This document shows, piece by piece, positions 22,001-33,466 of a stretch of 64,000 bases of DNA. The translations under genes were made by a program, and so were the position numbers. The DNA is from Nitrosopumilaceae archaeon (GTDB lineage: Archaea; Thermoproteota; Nitrososphaeria; Nitrososphaerales; Nitrosopumilaceae). Location: assembly GCA_965200155.1 (NCBI GenBank), contig CBDATR010000009.1, positions 64,001 through 128,000 on the forward strand, written 5' to 3'. Each line of letters starts with the position of its first letter. The first letter of the stretch is position 1. The notes under the pieces were generated by a model that was not told the origin of the DNA, ran no database searches, and was given only the letters and a program-made list of their open reading frames with translations.

Positions 22001-25000
22001 GCCTCATTGAAGGCTGACAATTTTTCCAAAATCTCGTATACATCCTGGGTCATTTCCGCAGCCTAACGGTTGCGGCCTCATTGAAGGACCAACAGCGAGA
22101 CTAAAATTATCCAGAGCCTGATTAAAATTTCCGCAGCCTAACGGTTGCGGCCTCATTGAAGGCTGGTCTCACTGGTGCATTCCGGCTTACATATGGTGTA
22201 TTTCCGCAGCCTAACGGTTGCGGCCTCATTGAAGGCGACCCAGTGGCCGCATGCCGCGCATTTGTGCTTGCCAATTTCCGCAGCCTAACGGTTGCGGCCT
22301 CATTGAAGGCTTGGCATCACAGATATTGAGGATCAGCGAGTTGACATTTCCGCAGCCTAACGGTTGCGGCCTCATTGAAGGCCCATTTTGGCTTTGTTAC
22401 AGACCTCAAAGAAATATATTTCCGCAGCCTAACGGTTGCGGCCTCATTGAAGGCAGGGCTTGAATTTTAATTATCGCCGTATATATCGGATTTCCGCAGC
22501 CTAACGGTTGCGGCCTCATTGAAGGTAAATTGTATTCACCAATTTTGGCGCGGCATTACTATTTCCGCAGCCTAACGGTTGCGGCCTCATTGAAGGATTC
22601 GTTAAACCGGTGATTACTATCTCATTACTAGGAGATTTCCGCAGCCTAACGGTTGCGGCCTCATTGAAGGCAGGGGCGGAGGCATATAGGGTATATTGGC
22701 ATATTGATTTCCGCAGCCTAACGGTTGCGGCCTCATTGAAGGTATTAGACACGAATTTATCCGCCAAACAAATTAGGGAATTTCCGCAGCCTAACGGTTG
22801 CGGCCTCATTGAAGGGGCGTGAGAGCTCGCAATGCAACAGGATGGGGTGTATAATTTCCGCAGCCTAACGGTTGCGGCCTCATTGAAGGTACCAGTAAAC
22901 CCAGACAATGCATCCTTAAAGCTTTTTACATTTCCGCAGCCTAACGGTTGCGGCCTCATTGAAGGATTTTGTCATGCTGCAATGTCATGAGCCAGTCGGC
23001 GATTTCCGCAGCCTAACGGTTGCGGCCTCATTGAAGGTAATACCACATGGGCTCATATCGGTGCTAATAATGTCAATTTCCGCAGCCTAACGGTTGCGGC
23101 CTCATTGAAGGGTCTATTAATCTACTTCGTCGCGATGTGCTTGATCATTTCCGCAGCCTAACGGTTGCGGCCTCATTGAAGGCCGCCCCCGCCTATGATG
23201 TCAATTGTGACTGATCGATATTTCCGCAGCCTAACGGTTGCGGCCTCATTGAAGGTTACTAACTTCGATGCATTGAATCAAGAATCTAAGATATTTCCGC
23301 AGCCTAACGGTTGCGGCCTCATTGAAGGGGAAAATATCTCGCAAAAACAAAACACAAACAAGCTAATTTCCGCAGCCTAACGGTTGCGGCCTCATTGAAG
23401 GGGCAGAGATCACCGCAAAGGCAGGTATACAATTGTTGATTTCCGCAGCCTAACGGTTGCGGCCTCATTGAAGGAATTGATGTTAAAAAGGTGGATCCGG
23501 TTGACAATAATAATTTCCGCAGCCTAACGGTTGCGGCCTCATTGAAGGATAGACGAGACGGCTCGAGCCAAAAGAAATACATCGGATTTCCGCAGCCTAA
23601 CGGTTGCGGCCTCATTGAAGGCCTGATATACCGACAGGAATTGGATATGCACCTGGAAAATTTCCGCAGCCTAACGGTTGCGGCCTCATTGAAGGAGAGC
23701 CGAATTCGAGGACTTTGACATATTCAGCATGTATTTCCGCAGCCTAACGGTTGCGGCCTCATTGAAGGCTCCAATAATACTTGGTCTTTCCTTTACCCTC
23801 TCGGATTTCCGCAGCCTAACGGTTGCGGCCTCATTGAAGGAGATAACTTAGCATTGATGCGCGGCCATATGCGTGGATATTTCCGCAGCCTAACGGTTGC
23901 GGCCTCATTGAAGGGTCAATGCGGCCCGACCATATATCACCCGCCAGGTCATAATTTCCGCAGCCTAACGGTTGCGGCCTCATTGAAGGTCGAGGTCATC
24001 AAAAGTATCCCAAGGTGCTGTGGATATTTCCGCAGCCTAACGGTTGCGGCCTCATTGAAGGGTGCCGAATGCATATCCGCCTATGGTCCTCTCGCCGAGA
24101 TATTTCCGCAGCCTAACGGTTGCGGCCTCATTGAAGGCGCGGCAGCAGAATCTTTGCCAGCAGGATCCATGGAAATTTCCGCAGCCTAACGGTTGCGGCC
24201 TCATTGAAGGCAATCACATGGGATCCGGTAAATACCGCCACTGTATAATTTCCGCAGCCTAACGGTTGCGGCCTCATTGAAGGTCATGTAGCAAGGCAGG
24301 GAGGTGCATGGCAGGGTGGAATTTCCGCAGCCTAACGGTTGCGGCCTCATTGAAGGGCGGGGCCTCCCCCCGCTCATAATATGTGTATTCAAATTTCCGC
24401 AGCCTAACGGTTGCGGCCTCATTGAAGGATTGTTGAGGTAAATCCTCCAATGCACCAATTGCATATTTCCGCAGCCTAACGGTTGCGGCCTCATTGAAGG
24501 CTCTCTATACCACGACTTCCGTGCACAACTCGTCGATAAATTTCCGCAGCCTAACGGTTGCGGCCTCATTGAAGGGTATCTTAGAGCACCAAGGATGAGG
24601 TAACCAGGTCCAGATTTCCGCAGCCTAACGGTTGCGGCCTCATTGAAGGACCTGTCGAACTATCAAACACGCCAATACCATTACCAATTTCCGCAGCCTA
24701 ACGGTTGCGGCCTCATTGAAGGTTGTATATGAACTAAATAGCTTAACATATATCTGACATTTCCGCAGCCTAACGGTTGCGGCCTCATTGAAGGTTTGCA
24801 GGCCTCCATGATGATATTGGCCTGCGCTTGGGATTTCCGCAGCCTAACGGTTGCGGCCTCATTGAAGGTTCGGATCCGCCCAAAATCGCATGGATCAGGG
24901 GGGGGGGATTTCCGCAGCCTAACGGTTGCGGCCTCATTGAAGGAGTCGTGGGTATACCCCTTGAAGGCACGGCCGCGGCATTTCCGCAGCCTAACGGTTG

Positions 25001-28000
25001 CGGCCTCATTGAAGGTCGTTACTTGCCAAGACCCACGGATCGCCCTGATACATTTCCGCAGCCTAACGGTTGCGGCCTCATTGAAGGGCATTGTGGTGTG
25101 TCAATAAAGGATAGATCACCTCATTATTTCCGCAGCCTAACGGTTGCGGCCTCATTGAAGGAAGGCCATCTGCGACCTCCTCCAATAGATCGTCAAAATT
25201 TCCGCAGCCTAACGGTTGCGGCCTCATTGAAGGGGTTCAGAGCCACGTGGGTAGTCGTTGAGGATGATTGATTTCCGCAGCCTAACGGTTGCGGCCTCAT
25301 TGAAGGTCCGTGCCAATCCGTCCACTTCATCGCTGTATGGAGTATTTCCGCAGCCTAACGGTTGCGGCCTCATTGAAGGAAAGCCACTCACTTCGGACTT
25401 GACAATTTCTGAAAAATTTCCGCAGCCTAACGGTTGCGGCCTCATTGAAGGATGCCGCCCCATGAGTCGTCGTCGGTTCGTGTGGCTAATTTCCGCAGCC
25501 TAACGGTTGCGGCCTCATTGAAGGTCCTACTATGATGAATGCTGGTGCTCGATTAGGACAATTTCCGCAGCCTAACGGTTGCGGCCTCATTGAAGGTAAG
25601 ACGCCGCGAATATGTGGATATGGAGCAGTTCAATTTCCGCAGCCTAACGGTTGCGGCCTCATTGAAGGAAAGGGATTTGGATGTTGCCGACGATGCATAT
25701 TTGCTATTTCCGCAGCCTAACGGTTGCGGCCTCATTGAAGGAATCGCGTGCATTATATAGCACAGACATATGTGGACGCATTTCCGCAGCCTAACGGTTG
25801 CGGCCTCATTGAAGGTCGCATGGCGGCGGGACCGTGGGTGATGTATATTCTATTTCCGCAGCCTAACGGTTGCGGCCTCATTGAAGGGGGGCGCCGCAAA
25901 ATGTCATGGCCACGGGGGGTAATGATTTCCGCAGCCTAACGGTTGCGGCCTCATTGAAGGTCTACTGCATTATCTTCTTTTTTAACTTCTTTTTCATATT
26001 TCCGCAGCCTAACGGTTGCGGCCTCATTGAAGGATATGTAATGATATGTATTTACATAATGGTGATATATATTTCCGCAGCCTAACGGTTGCGGCCTCAT
26101 TGAAGGGGCTTTAAATTCTCCCGATCGTGGGCGCGTTCGTAATATTTCCGCAGCCTAACGGTTGCGGCCTCATTGAAGGATACCACTTTGTGGATCCATT
26201 CCGAATTTTGAATTTGATTTCCGCAGCCTAACGGTTGCGGCCTCATTGAAGGCACATTATTATCTGAGTATAATCCGGCAAGAGAAGGATTATTTCCGCA
26301 GCCTAACGGTTGCGGCCTCATTGAAGGATGGCAAATTAGAGGATGCTGGGCGCGCCATATATGATTTCCGCAGCCTAACGGTTGCGGCCTCATTGAAGGT
26401 GGCACTGAGTTATTTGATTATTCAACCGATCAATTATTTCCGCAGCCTAACGGTTGCGGCCTCATTGAAGGGGGTGAAAATTCATCATTAAATATATCGG
26501 TACATATATTTCCGCAGCCTAACGGTTGCGGCCTCATTGAAGGAACATTCAGTTTCTTTGCACTCCCACGTGTATATATAATTTCCGCAGCCTAACGGTT
26601 GCGGCCTCATTGAAGGAAGAAATTAATGACAAATTAGATTCGCTATTATGCAGATTTCCGCAGCCTAACGGTTGCGGCCTCATTGAAGGGTGCCCGGCTT
26701 GAATGATCTATTAGACACAGCGTACGATTTCCGCAGCCTAACGGTTGCGGCCTCATTGAAGGATTATCCACCATGAGCATGCTATTTATCCAATAGACAA
26801 ATTTCCGCAGCCTAACGGTTGCGGCCTCATTGAAGGATGGAGCGACGGGGCGTGCCGACACACGCGTGGATGCATTTCCGCAGCCTAACGGTTGCGGCCT
26901 CATTGAAGGCATTTCCACCCGTAATGATTGTAACAATGTCACTATTAATTTCCGCAGCCTAACGGTTGCGGCCTCATTGAAGGTAGGGATTATGTCGCTC
27001 AATATGTGCGAGACGAATTAATTTCCGCAGCCTAACGGTTGCGGCCTCATTGAAGGCCAGTATATTTTGCCTTTAACTTATCGATACCATCAGATTTCCG
27101 CAGCCTAACGGTTGCGGCCTCATTGAAGGTTGCGGCGAGGACATGCAATACTCCGGTTGGTATGACATTTCCGCAGCCTAACGGTTGCGGCCTCATTGAA
27201 GGTACTCAATCAGCTCTATACTTTGACTGGGTATTGCCATTTCCGCAGCCTAACGGTTGCGGCCTCATTGAAGGACGTCGCGGCCTGATCCGCATATGTT
27301 TCAGAGACTGTTAATTTCCGCAGCCTAACGGTTGCGGCCTCATTGAAGGTATAATGTTGGAATGCAATAAATCCCTTGGTGTTGAGATTTCCGCAGCCTA
27401 ACGGTTGCGGCCTCATTGAAGGTTGCCTGATCCCGACACAAGCACGTTAACGATTGAGAATATTTCCGCAGCCTAACGGTTGCGGCCTCATTGAAGGGTA
27501 ATTCAGCGTATCGTTTACCGCTTGGCCAAAGAATAATTTCCGCAGCCTAACGGTTGCGGCCTCATTGAAGGTACGTATTTGAGGCATATGAAGAAAAATA
27601 CCCGACATATTTCCGCAGCCTAACGGTTGCGGCCTCATTGAAGGCAAACATAGAGCACAAACGGCGAATGAAAAAAAGGAAGATTTCCGCAGCCTAACGG
27701 TTGCGGCCTCATTGAAGGAACACAGGCATGACGCAATTGGCAATTTGTAGGTGATATTTCCGCAGCCTAACGGTTGCGGCCTCATTGAAGGTGGTGGGGT
27801 TTGATCCCGGTTCAAAATATCATAATAAGATTTCCGCAGCCTAACGGTTGCGGCCTCATTGAAGGCGTCGGCATATGAGTCCAATACCACACCGGATAAA
27901 CCCATTTCCGCAGCCTAACGGTTGCGGCCTCATTGAAGGGAAGGAGTGGAGGAAGTGGGGCCCGACGCCGCAGAGATGGATTTCCGCAGCCTAACGGTTG

Positions 28001-28087
28001 CGGCCTCATTGAAGAATACCATTTCCACTTTGCATTTCGTGATATTACGATATTTCCGCAGCTTAATTGCTGCGGCCTCATTGAAGG
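7011..28087 (+). CRISPR. Large type I-G CRISPR array, repeat ATTTCCGCAGCCTAACGGTTGCGGCCTCATTGAAGG (36 bp), spacers mostly ~33-39 bp, roughly 290-300 units
   Basis: Perfect repeats recur every ~71-72 bp, each with hairpin CCGCAGCC/GGTTGCGG and a 3' ATTGAAGG handle. The last two repeats are degenerate. The count is estimated as span divided by unit length, not enumerated. Confidence 0.99.
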
Positions 28088-28102
28088 CTTGAGCAGCTCA
28101 AG

Positions 28103-29062
28103 CTATATACGTGTGGTCTGGGAATTACTCCATATCACCTCAGCAGGGCCAAATGTACCATAACCACCCTCCTTTGTACGACGTATTGGTGCGCCCATTA
28201 TTTTTGTAATGCCCCAAGAATCAAACCATTTTGCTCTCTTTGATTTAAAATGAGTTCCAACGTTTCGTTTTTTGGAACGTTCACCCACAGCAGGTTTGTA
28301 AAAAGAATGTGCGAGGAGGGATCTTGTGACGTTGATAGTGGTAGGACGATCCCAGATTGGCCAAGAATAATAACCACATTTCCATTTACCAGAACAACCT
28401 TGCGTGAGTGTTCCCTTTTTACCTGGAAACACAGGATGCATGCTGAGTCCTAAAACTGCTAGTGCTTCAGGTCCAGGATTGATGCGTTTTTTTCTGTCAC
28501 TTGGGTTTTCTGCCATTAATGCATATATACGCTCATCAGCTATATCCCATTTCAGCGAACTCAACTCGCAGTTATCATACTTCCACGGACCACAGAGTCC
28601 AGTATGAATATCTGCATCAGTAACATGATTCAATATATTGCGGGCAATTTCCAGAAATTTCTGTTGGCCTGCCGAAAAGTAGAGATCAGAAGGTTTTGAC
28701 TTGCCAGATCTATCTAAACTTCCCTCTGCCAACAATGCACAAGCAAGCGATCCACCACCCTCTTTTTGCGCATCTTTCAGATATTTACGGATATCATCAG
28801 CCGCCAACTTCAACTCATCGCCCTTTTTGATGTTGGGCTTCATTGCTGGCGAGTTCTTCCATTCTTCAAATACTCGTTGCGCCTGTTTTACAACTTCATC
28901 AACAGTGAATTTCTGATCAATTGTTGCATATGGTATCACACCACCCGACCACCATAAACGGGGCTGGTCTTTCTGTCCAGCATATGCAACCTGTATTCCA
29001 AGGGCAGCCAAGAACCCTAGTGGATTTGTACCATCTAGACCTCTTAACTGTAATCCGTTCAT
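28103..29062 (-). CDS. csb3: Type I-G large-subunit-like protein (Csb3/Cas8u-type)
   Basis: N-terminal LRGLDGTNPLGFLAALG, AGQQKFL and WPIW motifs. It is the last gene of the csb1-csb2-cas3 operon and overlaps the cas3 stop by 4 bp. Confidence 0.75.
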   Translation of the reverse strand: MNGLQLRGLDGTNPLGFLAALGIQVAYAGQKDQPRLWWSGGVIPYATIDQKFTVDEVVKQAQRVFEEWKNSPAMKPNIKKGDELKLAADDIRKYLKDAQKEGGGSLACALLAEGSLDRSGKSKPSDLYFSAGQQKFLEIARNILNHVTDADIHTGLCGPWKYDNCELSSLKWDIADERIYALMAENPSDRKKRINPGPEALAVLGLSMHPVFPGKKGTLTQGCSGKWKCGYYSWPIWDRPTTINVTRSLLAHSFYKPAVGERSKKRNVGTHFKSKRAKWFDSWGITKIMGAPIRRTKEGGYGTFGPAEVIWSNSQTTRI

Positions 29063-31836
29063 CGGGCGGCCTCTTCACTACTTATTTGATGATCTGCCAG
29101 ACGCACAATAGCTTCAAGCCATGCTAATCCATAGTAGCCATACTTTGCAACGAGATTCCAAAATCTGTCTGCCATGTCAAGAGCTAGCATTTCATCAAAT
29201 TTTGTGGACGTGGATAATTCCTGACCTTCGAAATTGTAGCACAATCTCTGATTATTTTCATCCTTAATAACAGGTGGCAATGGTCGCCCATGCCCATGAT
29301 GAGTGCCGATCAGATGTAATACTAGATCAGAGTCATGTGCGTTGGCAAGTACTTCTTCGCATGAAGCAACCATTGCCATACTAGCGATTTCATGGCGCAT
29401 GCCTCTTGGATAATGGTACACCCTAGGGATACCGGGTAATGATTTGGCCAACGGTTCACCCAGCTTTGCCATCTCAATCAGATCACCGCCTACCAATTGC
29501 ATTTGGAATCGTCTATCCACCTTGCCTATGTCATGTAGTCGACCTGCCAGCCCGATGTCGTCCACAATCTCCTTCGGCAAGCCAAGACATTTCGCCACAT
29601 AAACTGCCTTGTTACCTACTCGTTCAAGATGCTGATTTAATGTCATGCCAGATCCAGTTCTCCACCTCGACTCTTCTGCACCATCCATGCTTACGGTGGT
29701 ATGCTGGTGTTTTGTCTTGCTGGCAGGTTTTTGTATCAGGATGTAATATTTGGTATTAGCATCCACCACATCTATGCAAGACATCTTGACATCATCCAAC
29801 TTGTATTTTTTAATCGGAGTTTGATGCTCAACTTCTTGTGCACGCATCAGCCACTGTCTAATCTGTTCCTCTAGGTTAGAATCAGGATCTGGGTCCTGGC
29901 TCGGTGTGGGCGGCGATTTCCACAGGTCTGGATGTAGTCTGAGAGTACTAGGATTCACTAGATCCCCTATATCGCTTACTGGTACATCTGATTCAGGATC
30001 CCACGTTCCCTCTGTTAGACCACCACGGCTTGGATCCACTACAAGCACATCACCGGCCCGAACATCACAGGTATCTATGGTCTCTGGCTTATCCTTTATG
30101 CCATTCCATCTCACCAAGTCTTTGCTAGCCTTTATACCATCTGTTTTTGTGTGTACAACTTTAGATTTTCCTGCGGAACTGGTTTTTCCACCTTCAGGAT
30201 CTGTGGTGGGTATGTCTGCAGTTTCTACTTCCGGCTCCCCAGCAAGCCACACCTTGGCCGCATTTATTGGCACCTGTAAAAATTCAGCCTGGTGGGGATG
30301 AACCTTCTCAAGTCCTTCTTGAGTTCTGTCAACGCGCCAAAGAATAGACACATCAATGCTTGTATTTGTGCCAATGCCATGCAGAAACGGTTCAATGCTT
30401 GGTTGTGTGAGCGGTTCGGGATTGGTTTGGACCCATGCATTCATGTAGGTTTCCAATAGCAAGGGTGCATTGGGTTTGTCCATAACTGCATCCTCTGGAA
30501 AATCGCGCATGTCTTTTGAATCTAGTTCTATGGATTCTGCGCCAGCTAGCCGTTTCTTCAATTCCTTCCATGTCTCTTTGACCGAATCACTGTAGATAGG
30601 ATCTGGTTTTTTGGATCCTACTACTGTCTTGGGCCCGATGATGTATGCTTTGGCAGGTATGCCCTGACTGGACAGTTTGCCCCTCCGATCAAGACGTCCG
30701 AATCTCTGGCGTATACTGTCTATTGATGCGCATTCGGTTATTAGTGCTTCAAAATTAAAATCTGCGCCAACTTCTATCGCCTGAGTAGAAACAATCACTA
30801 CAAGACCATCTGGATCACGGTCAGGATTAATTTTGTTCTGTATGTTCTCAACAACATTTGCTTTGTCATACGGTCTCATGCGTCCAGTCAGAAGATGAGT
30901 TTCGGCAAGTTCTTTGATCTCATTGTAAGTCTGTCGTGCAGTACGCACTCTGTTTACAATTACGCCTATGCTGCGTGGACCATGCTCTTGTGCCTTAATC
31001 TGGCTTACAATCTTTGCCACTTTCTGCGGTATGTGATCAGGACTGGCAACGTCTATGAGTTCTACTTCTTTTTTGGCCTCAACACGATGACGCAGTTCAT
31101 CACAGCCTGCCAGATCCGTATCATAGTCCAGCGTGAATCTGTCGGTACTATTGCCGTCTGGCGTTGCAGACATCTTTACAACATGAAACCGTCTAGGCAG
31201 TATGCTGGTGCCAGCTCTACTAATTTCAGACAGCGTCTCTGCAAAAGGAGCACTCAGATGCACTTCGTCTAGAATAACCAGACAGTCATTGCCTGCCAAA
31301 CCTGCATATATAGAACGCATCTTTGGGCGCACACCATAACCACGGAACAGTAGTCTAGAGCCAAATTGATCCACAGTAGATACTACTATCCATGGCCTTT
31401 CCGGCCGCGCCGACCATTCTCGGTCTACTGGGATTCCACCCCGCAGGGAAGATATGCCAAGATCTGCGGCGCCAAGCGACTTTAATCGCTCCCGTATCTT
31501 GAGCAGTGTGGGATTGTTAGCCTGCTTGATCCCCTCACGGATCTTTTCCGCTCTTTTGTATACCTGATCAACAACTATACGACGATCTATAACGAATACC
31601 ACACGTCGTGGAGATTCTCGTGGTCTTGCCGCCAATACAAACACTGCCGTATCCAACACGGATGTCTTTCCGGTTCCGGTGGGTAGATCAATCACATGTG
31701 GCCAGCCGTCATTTAGTACTTGCCTGGTCAGACGAACCTGCCACGGAAATGGTTTCTGATTGTGTATGGCGTAGAAAAATTCTTTAAAATCGTCTTCGGT
31801 CAGATCGTGTTTAGATGATGTGGAATGTTCAGACAC
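29059..31836 (-). CDS. cas3: Type I-G Cas3 helicase with C-terminal HD nuclease
   Basis: PFPWQ, DLPTGTGKT, DRRIVVDQ, STVDQFGSRLLFRGYG, DEVH and QRFGRLDR motifs, with a C-terminal HDIGK/RHE/HHGHGRP HD domain. Confidence 0.95.
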   Translation of the reverse strand: MSEHSTSSKHDLTEDDFKEFFYAIHNQKPFPWQVRLTRQVLNDGWPHVIDLPTGTGKTSVLDTAVFVLAARPRESPRRVVFVIDRRIVVDQVYKRAEKIREGIKQANNPTLLKIRERLKSLGAADLGISSLRGGIPVDREWSARPERPWIVVSTVDQFGSRLLFRGYGVRPKMRSIYAGLAGNDCLVILDEVHLSAPFAETLSEISRAGTSILPRRFHVVKMSATPDGNSTDRFTLDYDTDLAGCDELRHRVEAKKEVELIDVASPDHIPQKVAKIVSQIKAQEHGPRSIGVIVNRVRTARQTYNEIKELAETHLLTGRMRPYDKANVVENIQNKINPDRDPDGLVVIVSTQAIEVGADFNFEALITECASIDSIRQRFGRLDRRGKLSSQGIPAKAYIIGPKTVVGSKKPDPIYSDSVKETWKELKKRLAGAESIELDSKDMRDFPEDAVMDKPNAPLLLETYMNAWVQTNPEPLTQPSIEPFLHGIGTNTSIDVSILWRVDRTQEGLEKVHPHQAEFLQVPINAAKVWLAGEPEVETADIPTTDPEGGKTSSAGKSKVVHTKTDGIKASKDLVRWNGIKDKPETIDTCDVRAGDVLVVDPSRGGLTEGTWDPESDVPVSDIGDLVNPSTLRLHPDLWKSPPTPSQDPDPDSNLEEQIRQWLMRAQEVEHQTPIKKYKLDDVKMSCIDVVDANTKYYILIQKPASKTKHQHTTVSMDGAEESRWRTGSGMTLNQHLERVGNKAVYVAKCLGLPKEIVDDIGLAGRLHDIGKVDRRFQMQLVGGDLIEMAKLGEPLAKSLPGIPRVYHYPRGMRHEIASMAMVASCEEVLANAHDSDLVLHLIGTHHGHGRPLPPVIKDENNQRLCYNFEGQELSTSTKFDEMLALDMADRFWNLVAKYGYYGLAWLEAIVRLADHQISSEEAAR

Positions 31837-33466
31837 TGTGATTTACCTCTGGTATGACAGGGCGCATCAATCCAAGCCCAAAGAATCTGCCAGTTCCTAT
31901 CAGCAGAGGCCCGCTCACGGGTCGCTCAAAGGTGATCGCTGCATGTATCAACTGCCGTCTGACACTACCGCCCAAACCCGTCTTTTGTATGAATGGAGGA
32001 AAGCGGTTTACTGCATATGCGCCTGTGATAAAAGGTGTAAGACTGACTTCAACGCTTTTTGGTTTTGGAATGCCCACATGCTTACATGCATCCTTTACAG
32101 CAGACTTTGCCTTGGCCCATGCCATGACGCGTTTATGCATACTACCGCGCGCTAGATTGCCCGGATGCCTTGGCAGTGCAATAGGGGTTGCAGATACCCA
32201 CAAGTGAGAGGGTTTTTTCCAGATCTCTTGACGTAGTGATGTGAGGGAAGCCGTACCGCGAAGTCTAGAAATGTTTGTCTCTCCAGTAGCACCCATTGTC
32301 AGTTTCATACGTCCAGGTTGTATCTCTTTTTCCCACTCGGCAATAGAATGGATTATTGCATATCGAGAATCGCTATCTAATGATGTGGGTACGGATATGG
32401 CTATTCCCAAGAGTCGGCCATCGGAATGGCCAAATCCCACATATGGTAATGGGACAAATGCCACATGTGATGGATTAAGGGTAGGAGAGCCATTGGATTT
32501 GTGTCCGCTGAGTCCTTCTGGTATATTTTTGGCATATCTGAATATTGCAGCCCTCATCGTTTTAGCCAGATCTACGACTCGGGTTGAGGGTAGTACACGG
32601 GAGCCTCGTTCAAATTCAAACACATACCACTCGCCAGCAGTATTAGGAATATCAGAAATCATCTGGGAACTGGTCCGGTCATCTTTCGTATACACGGTAT
32701 TCACACAAGGAAGTGGACGTAATTTAGATCCTTCGTGATATATGTATAGTCGTTCCAATTCTTTCAGCTGACCACTGCTGACATTGCGCAGCAGATCATT
32801 GCCCGCATTGAGTCCAAGTTGGGGCTTCCAAGTTGGTTCTGGGGGATCAGAAAAAATCCTGCACGACACCAATGACGAAGCATGACCAAGTCTGGCCACA
32901 CGCGCCAATATAGCATCCATGGCATTGCGTACATGTACATCAGGACTGTCCTCCTGTACATCCCAAGCGTATACGACATGTGGATCATAAGGGGTAACCG
33001 ATGGGAAGAACCGCTCTTGTTTGGGGCGATGATCCGGCAACAGCCCCATAGCTGACTTTACAGTAGTTCTACCAGCATCATCTGTCAGTTTCTTGATACG
33101 TTCCAAATTCTCTGGCGTAGTACCAGTCAATCTTTCCTGAGCGTGTAATTTTGTATGATCGAACAGATTCTTGTACTTTGTTCTGGAGATAATTTCGGTA
33201 TCGTTTACTGGTACAAAATGTGATACTACCGTGCGGGTGGTGTAATCCGAGGCGGTAATCGCAGGAGGATCCTGCATCTCCAGCCATTCAAGTGATTGGC
33301 GTTCCATTATATCAGGACTGTCAGTATCAGCCCATGAGGCAACCATTGCAGAGAACAGTCGCGCCGGATGTGGGGGCCACTCTGCCGCATCTCGGCGGTT
33401 GTAGTATGTGGCAACATATCTGCCAGTAAGAAGCGTCACCTCAATGCAGAATTTGGAAGTATCCAT
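31829..33466 (-). CDS. csb2: Csb2 (Cas5/Cas6 fusion), type I-G
   Basis: EWPPHPARLFSAMVA, LGHASSLV and WVSATP motifs, with the C-terminal Cas6 G-loop GPLLIGTGRFFGLGL. Confidence 0.92.
   Translation of the reverse strand: MDTSKFCIEVTLLTGRYVATYYNRRDAAEWPPHPARLFSAMVASWADTDSPDIMERQSLEWLEMQDPPAITASDYTTRTVVSHFVPVNDTEIISRTKYKNLFDHTKLHAQERLTGTTPENLERIKKLTDDAGRTTVKSAMGLLPDHRPKQERFFPSVTPYDPHVVYAWDVQEDSPDVHVRNAMDAILARVARLGHASSLVSCRIFSDPPEPTWKPQLGLNAGNDLLRNVSSGQLKELERLYIYHEGSKLRPLPCVNTVYTKDDRTSSQMISDIPNTAGEWYVFEFERGSRVLPSTRVVDLAKTMRAAIFRYAKNIPEGLSGHKSNGSPTLNPSHVAFVPLPYVGFGHSDGRLLGIAISVPTSLDSDSRYAIIHSIAEWEKEIQPGRMKLTMGATGETNISRLRGTASLTSLRQEIWKKPSHLWVSATPIALPRHPGNLARGSMHKRVMAWAKAKSAVKDACKHVGIPKPKSVEVSLTPFITGAYAVNRFPPFIQKTGLGGSVRRQLIHAAITFERPVSGPLLIGTGRFFGLGLMRPVIPEVNHSV

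Noticed and set aside
7925-26873. Attempt to infer the PAM from overlapping spacers (17131/20046 and 7925/26837)
   Set aside because: The implied 5' flanks (TGC, GTG) and 3' flanks (ATA, GGC) are inconsistent; real protospacers are needed.
7011-28087. Self-targeting spacers within the window
   Set aside because: None was recognised by eye. An exhaustive alignment was not possible, so no claim is made.
6973-28163. Dozens of ORFs containing FPQPNGCGLIEG, FRSLTVAASLK or PSMRPQPLGCGN
   Set aside because: These are translations of the CRISPR repeat, which has no stop in several frames; they are not genes.
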